DNA from: Vulcanimicrobiota bacterium
GTDB taxonomy: Bacteria; Vulcanimicrobiota; Vulcanimicrobiia; Vulcanimicrobiales; Vulcanimicrobiaceae
Length of the DNA stretch: 64,000 bases
Assembly: GCA_963738335.1 (NCBI GenBank)
Contig: CAVTWE010000003.1
Coordinates: 5,433 to 69,432, forward strand
Direction of reading: 5' to 3'
Shown here one piece after another: positions 1-9,284 of the stretch. Below the pieces are notes generated by a model. That model was not told the origin of the DNA, searched no databases, and saw only the letters and a program-made list of their open reading frames with translations. Every line of letters starts with the position of its first letter. The first letter of the stretch is position 1. Made by a program: the position numbers and the translations under genes.

Positions 1-242
1 ACGAACTGGCAACCGTGGTCCTTCCTTCCGAAATCGCCGCCGGAGCGTTCCTGGCAATGGAGGGCACGGGCGCCTACACGTACAGCATGGCGAGCAATTA
101 CAATCGCTTTCCTCGTCCTGCCGTCGCGGGCGTCACAGACGGGCGCCATTATCTGCTGGCGCGCAGAGAGACCCTATCCGAGCTGTTAGCCACCGACGAT
201 GTCACCGTCGATGCATCCAGCAGCTTCACCGCGACGTTGTAA
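1..242 (+). CDS. lysA: diaminopimelate decarboxylase, C-terminal fragment (gene begins upstream of window)
   Basis: The reading frame is open to the window edge. The tail ...[25 protein letters not shown]...[11 protein letters not shown] is typical of the C-terminus of PLP-dependent DAP decarboxylases. Confidence 0.7.
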   Translation, partial: ELATVVLPSEIAAGAFLAMEGTGAYTYSMASNYNRFPRPAVAGVTDGRHYLLARRETLSELLATDDVTVDASSSFTATL

Positions 243-249
243 TTGCCGT

Positions 250-735
250 ATGGAACGCCAAACCGCAACGTTTGCCGCCGGCTGCTTTTGGGGCGTCGAA
301 GCCGCTTTTCGCCAAGTACCGGGGGTGCTCGATGCCGTCAGCGGCTACATCGGCGGCACGACGGAAAACCCGAGCTACCGCCAAGTGTGCGGCCACACGA
401 CCGGGCATGCCGAGGCGGTTGAAGTCATCTACGATCCGAACCGCGTGAGTTACGATCGACTGCTCGACCTGTTCTGGCAGATTCACGACCCAACGCAGCT
501 CAACCGTCAGGGTCTCGACGTCGGCGATCAATACCGTTCGGCGATCTTCACGCACGACGAGCAGCAACAGGAAACGGCGCTCGCTTCGCGCGATCGCGAA
601 CAGACGCGGCTCGCCAAACGTATCGTCACGCAGATCGTCGCAGCGCCGAAGTTCTGGCCTGCGGAAGCATACCACCAGCGGTATTTCGAAAAAAACGGCG
701 GCGCGGCGTGCCACGTGATGCCGAGTCGCACATGA
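250..735 (+). CDS. msrA: peptide-methionine (S)-S-oxide reductase MsrA
   Basis: [13 protein letters not shown]...GYIGG...[24 protein letters not shown]...YRSAIF is the GCFWG active-site family signature. I chose the ATG at 250 (MERQTATF) rather than the track start at 199. Confidence 0.93.
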   Translation: MERQTATFAAGCFWGVEAAFRQVPGVLDAVSGYIGGTTENPSYRQVCGHTTGHAEAVEVIYDPNRVSYDRLLDLFWQIHDPTQLNRQGLDVGDQYRSAIFTHDEQQQETALASRDREQTRLAKRIVTQIVAAPKFWPAEAYHQRYFEKNGGAACHVMPSRT

Positions 736-1211
736 TGAAGCGCGCAGCATTTGTCGCATCGTTTGCGGCTGCGGCCGCATCGCTCGCATTCGCGCGGCGC
801 AGCCCGGCATCGCAACACTACGAGGTGACGCACACCGACGCGCAATGGCGCGCGCTGCTCGGCGCCGATCGGTACGAAATTCTTCGGCGCGGCGGCACGG
901 AGCCGCCGTTCTCCAGCCCGTTAAACAAAGAGAACCGGCGCGGCACCTATCACTGCGCGGGCTGTGCGTTAGCGCTCTTCTCCTCGGCGACAAAGTATGA
1001 CCCGGGCGAAGGCTGGCCGTCGTTTTGGAACGTTTTGCCGAACGCCATTGAGACCCAGGCCGATTATGCGCTCGTCGAAAAGCGCACCGAAGCCCATTGC
1101 CGCCGTTGCGGCGGACATCTCGGCCACATCTTCGATGATGGGCCGCCACCGACGCATCTGCGCTATTGCATCGACGGTCTCGCCCTGCGTTTCGTCGCCG
1201 CCGGCACCTGA
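732..1211 (+). CDS. msrB: peptide-methionine (R)-S-oxide reductase MsrB with N-terminal signal-like peptide
   Basis: The SelR domain has two CxxC pairs ([11 protein letters not shown]...[17 protein letters not shown]). ATG 732 forms an ATGA overlap with the msrA stop. The N-terminus [21 protein letters not shown] looks like an export signal. Confidence 0.9.
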   Translation: MMKRAAFVASFAAAAASLAFARRSPASQHYEVTHTDAQWRALLGADRYEILRRGGTEPPFSSPLNKENRRGTYHCAGCALALFSSATKYDPGEGWPSFWNVLPNAIETQADYALVEKRTEAHCRRCGGHLGHIFDDGPPPTHLRYCIDGLALRFVAAGT

Positions 1212-1981
1212 CGCTGCGGATCCTGATCACCAACGACGACGGCATAGACTCGCCCGGCATCGCCGCGCTGGTCGAAGCGCTGACGCCCCATCATGAGGTG
1301 ACCGTGGTCGCGCCAACCGGCGATCGCAGCGGGGTTTCGCATGCAATCACCGGCGACGTAGCGATCACACTCGAGCGTCGAGCCGGCTTTGCCGTCGCGG
1401 CGTATGCGTGTTCCGGAACCCCGGCCGACTGCGTCTTTCTCGGTTCCACCGAACTCGGCCAACGGCCGGATCTCGTCGTCAGCGGCATCAACTACGGACC
1501 GAATCTCGCCGACGACATCAACTACTCCGGCACGGTTGCCGGCGCCGTCGAGGCCTGTCTGCTCGGCATACCCGCGATGGCTGCGTCGCTTGCGTGCGAG
1601 TACGAACGTCCGGCAGACGGTCCTCATTGGAATGCCGCAGCCGAGATCGTGCGGCGCTGCATCGTGCGCGGTTACGAAACGTTCTCCGACGTACGCTACT
1701 ACTGGAATCTCAACGTTCCGGATCTTTCGATCGACGCAATTTCCGGCATTGCGGTGACGCGCTTGGGACGCAAGCGCATCTGCGGCAGAATGGTCGGCGA
1801 AGACGGCGATGTTGGCGTTGCATATTATCGCGCCTGGGAGTCGCCGTTTGAAACGGATCGTTCGACGTCGGGCACGGACATCGGCGCCGTGCACGCTGGT
1901 TACGCCAGCCTGACGCCTCTGGTGCTCGATCGCACAGCGCCGTCGGCACCGGGCATCTCTGAAACCTTCGCCGAGCGCTGA
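1208..1981 (+). CDS. surE: 5'/3'-nucleotidase SurE (start uncertain: CTG 1208/1214 or TTG 1166)
   Basis: ...LRILITNDDGIDSPGIAALVEAL...VVAPTGDRSGVSHAIT... is the canonical SurE N-terminus. Homology begins at (L)RILITNDDG. The only canonical start (TTG 1166) adds an Arg-rich 16-aa extension that overlaps msrB. Confidence 0.85.
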   Translation: MTLRILITNDDGIDSPGIAALVEALTPHHEVTVVAPTGDRSGVSHAITGDVAITLERRAGFAVAAYACSGTPADCVFLGSTELGQRPDLVVSGINYGPNLADDINYSGTVAGAVEACLLGIPAMAASLACEYERPADGPHWNAAAEIVRRCIVRGYETFSDVRYYWNLNVPDLSIDAISGIAVTRLGRKRICGRMVGEDGDVGVAYYRAWESPFETDRSTSGTDIGAVHAGYASLTPLVLDRTAPSAPGISETFAER

Positions 1982-2862
1982 CCGTTCGGACCGGCGGTTT
2001 CGGCATGTCTGCGATTCGCGAGACGCCGCCCCGTCAGTGCCGCGATCTCCGATAAGCGCTGCATCAGCGCTTCGAACTGCGGGACGTCGAGGGATTGGGC
2101 GCCGTCGGAAAGCGCTCGAGGCGGATCCGGATGCACTTCGACCAACAAACCGTGCGCGCCGGCCGCGAGGCTGGCGACGGCGACCGCAGGCACCAAACGC
2201 GCGATACCGACTGCATGCGACGGATCGACGATAGTGGGCAGGTGCGTCATCTCTTCGAGCAGCGGCACCACCGCAATATCGAGCAAGTTGCGCGTCGCAA
2301 CGTCGAACGAACGCACCCCGCGTTCGCACAGCACGACGTCCTCGTTACCGCCGACCATCACGTATTCGGCAGCGAGTAACCATTCTTGCACCGTTGCCGA
2401 CAATCCGCGTTTGAGCAACACGGGCGTCCGAACCGCGCCCACCTCTCGGAGCAGGACGAAGTTCTGCATGTTGCGAGCGCCGATCTGCAGCATGTCGGCA
2501 TACCTGCAGACTTTCTCGACGTCGCGCGGGTCGAGCACCTCGGTGACGACGGCGAGATTGGTGCGATCGCCGGCATCGCGCAGCAACTTGAGTCCTTCTT
2601 CTCCAAGTCCCTGAAACGAGTAGGGGGAGGTCCGCGGCTTATACGCGCCCCCGCGCAAGACGTTGGCGCCGGCAGCGGCAACCGCTCTTGCTGCCGTTTC
2701 TAATTGTTCGCGCGACTCGACACCGCACGGGCCCGCGCAAATCGCAATTTCGTCGCCGCCGAACGCGGCGCCATTGCGCAAACGCACGACCGTGCGTTCG
2801 GGTTTGGCGTCGCGGCGGACAAGACGGTATGACTGCGGTACGTTGACCCCTCGCTCCATCAA
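1900..2862 (-). CDS. aroF: 3-deoxy-7-phosphoheptulonate (DAHP) synthase, type I-beta
   Basis: AICAGPCGVESREQLETAARAV...VLRGGAYKPRTSPYSFQGLGEEGLKLL...MLQIGARNMQNF...VLLKRG...DPSH matches the KDO8P/DAHP synthase I-beta family. The 3' end overlaps surE convergently. The last ~35 aa are non-homologous. Confidence 0.9.
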   Translation of the reverse strand: MMERGVNVPQSYRLVRRDAKPERTVVRLRNGAAFGGDEIAICAGPCGVESREQLETAARAVAAAGANVLRGGAYKPRTSPYSFQGLGEEGLKLLRDAGDRTNLAVVTEVLDPRDVEKVCRYADMLQIGARNMQNFVLLREVGAVRTPVLLKRGLSATVQEWLLAAEYVMVGGNEDVVLCERGVRSFDVATRNLLDIAVVPLLEEMTHLPTIVDPSHAVGIARLVPAVAVASLAAGAHGLLVEVHPDPPRALSDGAQSLDVPQFEALMQRLSEIAALTGRRLANRRHAETAGPNGQRSAKVSEMPGADGAVRSSTRGVRLA

Positions 2863-2946
2863 GCGCGCCTTCGAGGCTCAGGGTATGCCGGCCTCGCCTC
2901 GACCATTTATATCATGCACGTACCGCCGGCAGGGCAGGCGTGAGGT

Positions 2947-4176
2947 GTGAGGCCCCCGCACAAGACGCGCGTGGAGCATGTCGCAGTCACTGGAATGGGA
3001 GTCGTTTCGCCCATCGGCGCGACGGTGCAACGCTTTTGGGATGGATTGACGGAAAGCCGGCGCGCCATTGGGCCCATCGCCGATGCCCCCGTCAAGCTGA
3101 CCGGCAACGGCTTGTGGGCCGCCGTCCGCGACGATTTTCTCCGCGACGCGCCGCTGGAAGCGAGCGCATTGCGCAATACCGATCGCTTCACGCAGTATGC
3201 AGTCGCCGCGACGGCACACGCGCTCGCGCAGGCGCACCTCACTCCACCGGACGACACCGCGGTCATCGTCGGCAACACGATGGGCGGTCTGCCCTTCCTC
3301 GCACAATCGCAAAGCCGATTCATCGAAAGCGGCGGCCGATCGGTTTCGCCCAAGCTGATGGCATTGGTTATTCCGAACATGGCGCCCGCGCGCATCGCGA
3401 TGCACTGGAGCCTCCACGGTCTGCAACTTGCGATCAGCACGGCATGCGCTTCATCGCTCGATGCGATCGGCATGGCCGCAAAGATGATCGAGCGCGGCGA
3501 AGTCGAGACGGCGATCGCCGGCGGCACGGAGACGCTGTTGAGTCCGCTCGTCTACGAATCGCTCGTTCGCGCCGGAGCGCTGTCGCGCAACGAGGACGTA
3601 CAGCGGTCGTCTCGCCCATTCGATATCGAACGGGACGGGTTCGTCATGGGCGACGGCGGCGCGATCCTCATCTTAGAACGCGCCGAGCGCGCGACGCGGC
3701 GCGGTGCGCCGATTCTTGCGCGCATCCGCGGCTACGGTTCGATAGCCGACGCCCATCACATCACCTCGCCGGATCCGTCGGCGCGCTACGAAATTGCAGC
3801 GATGGAACGAGCGTGCGCCCAAGCCGGCGATGCGGCGTCCGCGTGCTCCGTCATCTACGCGCATGCAACCGGCACGATCGTGGGCGATGCCGCCGAGATG
3901 CGCGCGATCAACTCGGTCAATCCACGTGCGATCGTCACCTCCATTAAGGGTCACATCGGTCATAGCATGGCCGGCGCGGGTGCACTCTGCGCCGTCGCCG
4001 GCATTGCAGGAATGCACGCCCAATGCATTCCGCCGACAATGGGAACGCAGCATCCCGACGGTGAGGTGTGCTTCGACCTCGTCATGGGAGGACCGCGAAC
4101 GTTCGCCTACGACGCGTTTCAAGTCAACGCGTTCGGCTTCGGCGGCCAAAACGCGTCGCTGGTGCTCTCGCGATAA
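2947..4176 (+). CDS. beta-ketoacyl synthase, KAS I/II (FabF/FabB-like) family
   Basis: VAVTGMGVVSPIG...; active-site Cys in AISTACASSLDAIGMAAKMI; His motifs YAHATGT and KGHIGHSMAGAG; C-terminal NAFGFGGQNASLVL. An alternative GTG start lies at 2971. Confidence 0.9.
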   Translation: MRPPHKTRVEHVAVTGMGVVSPIGATVQRFWDGLTESRRAIGPIADAPVKLTGNGLWAAVRDDFLRDAPLEASALRNTDRFTQYAVAATAHALAQAHLTPPDDTAVIVGNTMGGLPFLAQSQSRFIESGGRSVSPKLMALVIPNMAPARIAMHWSLHGLQLAISTACASSLDAIGMAAKMIERGEVETAIAGGTETLLSPLVYESLVRAGALSRNEDVQRSSRPFDIERDGFVMGDGGAILILERAERATRRGAPILARIRGYGSIADAHHITSPDPSARYEIAAMERACAQAGDAASACSVIYAHATGTIVGDAAEMRAINSVNPRAIVTSIKGHIGHSMAGAGALCAVAGIAGMHAQCIPPTMGTQHPDGEVCFDLVMGGPRTFAYDAFQVNAFGFGGQNASLVLSR

Positions 4177-4243
4177 TGCGCGTGCAGGGCGTGTTGGACG
4201 AAACTCGGAAGGTTCGCGCGAGCACCCTCGTGATAGGACGCCG

Positions 4244-7200
4244 ATGAATCTTCTCGTCAAGGGAACGAGTGGACCGCTGACCGGCGAACTCGTCGTTCCA
4301 AACTCGAAATATCACGCGCATCGCGCGTTGATTTTGGCATCGCTCGCGCCGGGCACCAGCCGCATCGTCGGGCTCTCCGGCGCGCGCCACGTTGAGTTTA
4401 CGATGGACGTGTTGCGCGCGCTCGGCACGACGATCGAAGCGCGCGACGGCGATCTGTATGTGACTGGCGGTCCCTATCGCGTCCAACGCTCGACGGTATC
4501 GGTCGGAAGCTCCGGTTCGACGCTCTACTTCATGATCGGTCTCGCGTCGCTGGCCGACGCACCGATTACCCTGACGGCGCAGAAATATTTCCAGCGGCGT
4601 CCCGTTGGGCCGCTGCTCGAAGCGCTGGATGCGTTGGGCGTGCGCTTCGAAGCGAACGCCGGCTGTCCGCCCATCGCCGTTTTTCCGGGGCGGCCGCACG
4701 GCGGTCACATCGTCATCTCCGGCACGCTTTCGCAATGGATCTCGGGGTTGTTGCTGCTGGCGCCGTTCGCGCGCGAGCGCACGACGATCGAAATCGACGG
4801 CGAGTTGAACGAACGGCCGTATCTAGCGCTGACCGTGCAAATGATGCGCGCATTCAATCTCGAGGTCGCTATAGCCAAAGATTGGCGGTGTTTTGAGATC
4901 GAGCCGAATCAAGAAGCGCGTCCCGCAACCGTCGAGTTGCCGCCCGACATCGGTTCGGCCGCGTTTGGGCTCGCCATGACCGCGCTACATCCTTCGGACG
5001 TCGTGTTCCATGGTCTCGGCGACCCGCGTTCGCAGCGCACAGACCATCCCGAAGCGGCATTCCTCGACATCGTCGCGGACATGGGACTGCCGATGCAGTA
5101 CGATCCCGCCTCGAAAACCGTGCGCGTGCGCCACGATGGCCTCGACCTGCGCGGCGTACGCGTCGATTGTCGCGATATTCCCGACATGCTGCCGGTTCTC
5201 TCGACGCTGGGAACGTTCGCTCGCGGCGAGACGGTGCTGGAAAACATAGCGCACGTTCGTCTCAAAGAATCCGATCGGGTCGCAGCGATGCTGCAACTCA
5301 ATCGCATGGGCGGCCAGATCGAGTTGCTCGACGACCGGCTGGTAGCGCATGGCATACGAGAACTGCGCGGAACGCATCTCTCCTCGTTCAACGATCATCG
5401 GATATTGATGTCGCTGGCCGTGGCAGCGTCGCGCGCACACGGAGAGAGTACGCTGACGTATCCGCACGCGTACCGCATTTCCTATCCACAGTTCCTGGAT
5501 GCGATGCGCTCGATCGGCGTGTCGATGTCGGTCGTCAACTCGTCGGCCGATGCCCGGCGTCAGCCGCCATCCGCCATGCTGACGCCGGACGAGGCGGCCG
5601 GACGCACGATGCACGAACTGCTCACCGAACGCGCACAGGCGTCCCCAGAACAACCTGCGGTCGTTGAAACGCGCGACGACGGCGACGTCGCGCTCTCATG
5701 GCGGGATCTGGCAGATCGGGTGGATCGCACTGCAATGCTCCTGCTCGAACTCGGCGTGCGTCCCGGCGAATGCGTCGCGTTTCAGCTCCCTAACTGCCTG
5801 GAGTTCGTCGTCATCGCGTTGGCGACGCTGCGCATCGACGCCGTGTGCTGTCCGCTGATGCCGATCTTCCGCGAACGTGAAGTGGCGTTCTGCTTGCGCC
5901 GCTCGCGCGCGCGGGTGCTTTTCGTTCCGGATGAAGCGCGCGGGCGCCGTCACGCCGACGAAATCGCGACGCTGCTGCGCGAAGCGACCGTGTCGGAGGG
6001 CGATTTCCCCCTCTGCTTGGAGCATGTCGTGGTGTGCGCGGGCGGCGCGATTCCGTATACGCTCCCAGCGCCCGATTATAACGACCGTTCGTCGTCGTGG
6101 CTGCGCTTCGCCGACGCGCTCAACGCCGTGCGCGTGGATGCCGCCTCCCTTGCATCGCGCGCACCACAGTCAAACGCCGTCGCACAACTGCTCTTTACAT
6201 CGGGAACGTCGGGCGAACCTAAGGGCGTCTTGCATCGCAACGACGTGTTGATGCGCGCGGCCGCAATGGAGGTCGAGCATCTGCATCTCGGGCCCGACGA
6301 TCGCATCTTCATCCCATCGCCGCTCGCGCATCAGACGGGTTTCCTTTACGGGATGTGGTTGGCGCTGGTCATGGGTGTGCCGCAGATCGTGCAGCCGGTG
6401 TGGAACGCCCAGCGCGCGCTGCGGGCGCTACGGGATTGGAACGGCACGTTCGTCCAAGCCGCCACGCCGTTTTTGGCGGATCTTGTCGACGCCGTCAAAG
6501 AAGGTGAATCCGCAGCGCCCACGTTGCGAATCTTCGTCGCAACCGGCGCCGCGGTGCCGCGTACTTTAGCCGAACGCGCTACGCGCATTCTGGGAACCGC
6601 CGTCTGTGGAGCGTGGGGCACGACCGAATCGTGTTTGGGATCGCTTGCAGCGCCGACCGACGAGCCGGCGAAAGTGTGGGGAACCGATGGTCGCGCGCTG
6701 CGCCGCATTCATCTCCGCATTGCCGATGCTGAAGGCCGGCTGCTGGCCGCCGGCGAGGAAGGCCACTTCGAGGTGCTCTCGCCGACGATGTTCGTCGGAT
6801 ACGCCGATCGTCCCGAATGGACCGCCGCCGCATATACACCCGACGGATGGTTTCGCACCGGGGATCTGGGCGTGATGGACGAGGCGGGCTTCATCCGCAT
6901 TACCGGCCGCGTGCGCGACGTCATCAATCGCGGCGGCGAGAAAGTTCCGGTTGCGGAGATGGAGCAACTGCTCTCCGATCATCCGGCGATCGCCGCCATC
7001 GCGATCGTCGCGATGCCGGACGAGCGTCTCGGCGAGCGGGCATGCGCGTTCGTGCAACTGCGCCCGAGGATGCGCTTCACGTTCGAACAGATGAAACACT
7101 ATCTCCACGCGTGCCAAGCGTCGAAGCACTATTGGCCGGAACGACTCGAGATCGTCGACGAACTCCCGCGCACCGCCTCCGGCAAGATCCAAAAGTACGT

Positions 7201-7261
7201 CTTACGCGAACGGGCGCGCGAACTGCGGCCGCAAGAGCGCGAACGCGCGACCATCGGGTGA
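4244..7261 (+). CDS. fusion protein: EPSP-synthase-like (3-phosphoshikimate 1-carboxyvinyltransferase fold) domain + AMP-dependent acyl-CoA ligase domain
   Basis: A single uninterrupted frame. Residues from ATG 4244 (MNLLVKGTSGPLTGELVVPNSKYHAHRALILASLA...LKESDRVAAM...NDHRILMSLAVAA) are EPSPS-like up to ~5545. From ~5576 the sequence is an adenylate-forming ligase (LLFTSGTSGEPKGVLH, GWFRTGDLG...GRVRDVINRGGEKV, PRTASGKIQK). The track start at 3794 is an out-of-context extension that overlaps the KAS gene. Confidence 0.85.
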   Translation: MNLLVKGTSGPLTGELVVPNSKYHAHRALILASLAPGTSRIVGLSGARHVEFTMDVLRALGTTIEARDGDLYVTGGPYRVQRSTVSVGSSGSTLYFMIGLASLADAPITLTAQKYFQRRPVGPLLEALDALGVRFEANAGCPPIAVFPGRPHGGHIVISGTLSQWISGLLLLAPFARERTTIEIDGELNERPYLALTVQMMRAFNLEVAIAKDWRCFEIEPNQEARPATVELPPDIGSAAFGLAMTALHPSDVVFHGLGDPRSQRTDHPEAAFLDIVADMGLPMQYDPASKTVRVRHDGLDLRGVRVDCRDIPDMLPVLSTLGTFARGETVLENIAHVRLKESDRVAAMLQLNRMGGQIELLDDRLVAHGIRELRGTHLSSFNDHRILMSLAVAASRAHGESTLTYPHAYRISYPQFLDAMRSIGVSMSVVNSSADARRQPPSAMLTPDEAAGRTMHELLTERAQASPEQPAVVETRDDGDVALSWRDLADRVDRTAMLLLELGVRPGECVAFQLPNCLEFVVIALATLRIDAVCCPLMPIFREREVAFCLRRSRARVLFVPDEARGRRHADEIATLLREATVSEGDFPLCLEHVVVCAGGAIPYTLPAPDYNDRSSSWLRFADALNAVRVDAASLASRAPQSNAVAQLLFTSGTSGEPKGVLHRNDVLMRAAAMEVEHLHLGPDDRIFIPSPLAHQTGFLYGMWLALVMGVPQIVQPVWNAQRALRALRDWNGTFVQAATPFLADLVDAVKEGESAAPTLRIFVATGAAVPRTLAERATRILGTAVCGAWGTTESCLGSLAAPTDEPAKVWGTDGRALRRIHLRIADAEGRLLAAGEEGHFEVLSPTMFVGYADRPEWTAAAYTPDGWFRTGDLGVMDEAGFIRITGRVRDVINRGGEKVPVAEMEQLLSDHPAIAAIAIVAMPDERLGERACAFVQLRPRMRFTFEQMKHYLHACQASKHYWPERLEIVDELPRTASGKIQKYVLRERARELRPQERERATIG

Positions 7262-8391
7262 CGGATTTCCAACGGCTCAAGGCCGAGATCGCCGACTACG
7301 TCGCGGGGCCGGCGGAAACATGGGCGCAACGCATCGAACGCGAGCGCCGCGTTCCCATGGAGTTGTGGGAGGAGTTGCGCGATCGCGGTTTCCTTAGGTT
7401 GGCGGCGCCCGTCGAATACGGCGGCCGCGGGATACCGTTCTCGCAGTATCTCGAACTCGTCGAACTCTTCTCGATGTCGCACGCCTCTATACGGATGATC
7501 GTCCACGTCGTCAACGGCACGTGGCGCGCGATGGATCGCTACGCGACGCCGGAGCAGCGCGAGCAGTTCGTGCTGCCCTCAATTCGCGGCGACGTGAAAA
7601 TCGCGTTCACGCTGACCGAGCCGACCGCGGGAACGGGCGCCGATTTGCGGTGCAGCGTCGAACGGGAGGACGAGACGTACTATCTCAGCGGTGAGAAGCA
7701 CCTCATCACCTTCGGCACGATCTGCGATTACTGGTTGCTCTTCGCGCGCCTCGCCGGAACGACGGGCGCCGATGGAACGGTCGCGCTACTCGTGGATCGT
7801 CACGCGCCCGGCGTAACGGTCACAGCAATGGACGAATCGATGGGCGTGCGCGGCACCGATCACGGGCGTCTGACGTTTTCTCGCACTCCCGTTCCCATCG
7901 CGCAACGGCTTGGCGGCGAAGGGCAAGGCTTGGAGATCGCGCTCGGCGGCTTTCTGACGCCGAGCCGCATTTCGGTCGCGATGAGCTGCGTCGGGCTCGC
8001 GCGACGGGCACAGGAGCTCGCAGTCGCGTACGCGCGCACGCGTCAAACGTTCGGTAAACGTCTCGAGCAGCGACAGGCAATTCGCTTCATGATCGCAGAG
8101 AATGCCACCGAGATCGAAGCGGCGCGCCAACTCACGCTGCACGCTGCTCGCTGTTGGGAGGCGGGGGACCCGGCGGCGGCGATGCTTTCCTCGATGTCCA
8201 AGCTGCAAGCCGTCGACATGCTGACGCGCGTGACCGATAAAGCGCTGCAAATCCACGGCGGCATCGGCTACTGGCAACCACACGCGATCGAGCGCGTTTA
8301 CCGCGACGCGCGCGCGCAACGCTTCGAAGAGGGGACGAACGAAATTCAAAAGACCGTCATCGCCCGCCAGATTCTCGGCGGCTTCTTCCGC
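7258..8391 (+). CDS. acyl-CoA dehydrogenase family protein (no stop codon before the following SDR as assembled)
   Basis: GTG 7258 overlaps the stop of the upstream fusion ORF (GTGA). FTLTEPTAGTGADLRCSVE...YYLSGEKHLITFG...IHGGIGY...YRDARAQRFEEGTNEIQKTVIARQIL is a typical ACAD. The frame then runs on into MSTRFAGTIALITG. Confidence 0.88.
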
Positions 8392-9197
8392 ATGAGTACG
8401 CGTTTCGCCGGAACGATCGCATTGATCACCGGAAGTTCGCGCGGTATCGGTCGAGCGCTGGCGCTAGCGCTCGCCGAACAAGGCGCCTCCATCGTCGTGA
8501 ATTACCATCGCAACGACGTCTTGGCCGCCGAGGTTTGTGCTGCCGTTGAGGGATTCGGCGGCCGCGCATTTGCGTGCAGGCCAATATGGAAGAACCCGCC
8601 GACATCGACCGCTTGTTCGATGCGGCGAAGGCCGAGTTCGGACGGCTCGATTTCTTTATCTCAAACGCCGCAGCCAGTTCGTTCAAGAAGATCGACGATC
8701 TCAAAGCACACAACCTCGATCGCTCTTATGCGCTCAACGTGCGCGCGTTCGTGCTGGGCGCACAGCGCGCCGCACGTTTGATGCCGGGTGGCGGACGCAT
8801 CGTCGTGCTCTCGAGCTACGGCAGCATTCGCGCGTATCCGACCTACGCGAATCTCGGTTCGAATAAAGCCGCGATCGAAGCATGGGTGCGCTACATGGCG
8901 GTCGAATTCGCGCCGCGCGGCATTAACGTCAATGCGGTCAACGGCGGATTGATCGACACCGAATCGTGCGCGTACTTTTACGAAAACGTGCCCGGAATGG
9001 CGCCGATCGAAAGCGTTTTGGAGAAGATTCCCAAGCGCCGCATGGGAACCGCGCGCGAAGTCGCCGATGCGATCGCTTTTCTGCTCGCGCCGGAGTCCGA
9101 CTACATCACCGGGCAGACCCTGTGCGTCGACGGCGGTCTGAACGTCATCGCGCCGCCCTTTTACGCCGACACGACGCCGCCGCTCTCGTTGGAGTAG
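8392..9197 (+). pseudogene. short-chain dehydrogenase/reductase (ChcA/FabG/FabI-like enoyl/ketoacyl reductase), frame-disrupted near 8573
   Basis: The N-terminus IALITGSSRGIGRALALALAEQGASIVVNY...GGRAFA is in frame 0. The remainder [14 protein letters not shown]...NAAAS...VLSSYGS...[14 protein letters not shown]...[10 protein letters not shown]...GQTLCVDGG is in the frame of ORF 8574..9197. One missing base in gcg(g)tgcag would restore AFAVQAN. Confidence 0.85.
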
Positions 9198-9284
9198 GAG
9201 TCTGCCGGATGACGGCCGTCTTCGGATCCCCGGTCGCAAAAGGCGCCGTGAGACGGAAATGCGCCGTAATCCGGTAGACTGCTA

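Noticed and set aside
226-1260. 344-aa minus-strand ORF covering msrA and msrB
   Set aside because: The translation is Arg/Ala-rich and low-complexity, and it is antisense to two strongly recognisable genes. This is a typical high-GC shadow ORF. The same reasoning applies to 1163..2329(-), 2940..3947(+), 9790..10959(-), 21032..22162(-), 26065..27261(+), 43590..44690(+), 53759..55213(+) and 60107..61009(-).
3794-4243. N-terminal 150 codons of the 1155-aa track ORF
   Set aside because: They overlap the 3' end of the KAS gene out of frame and translate to Arg/Ser-rich sequence. EPSPS homology and a sensible start begin at ATG 4244.
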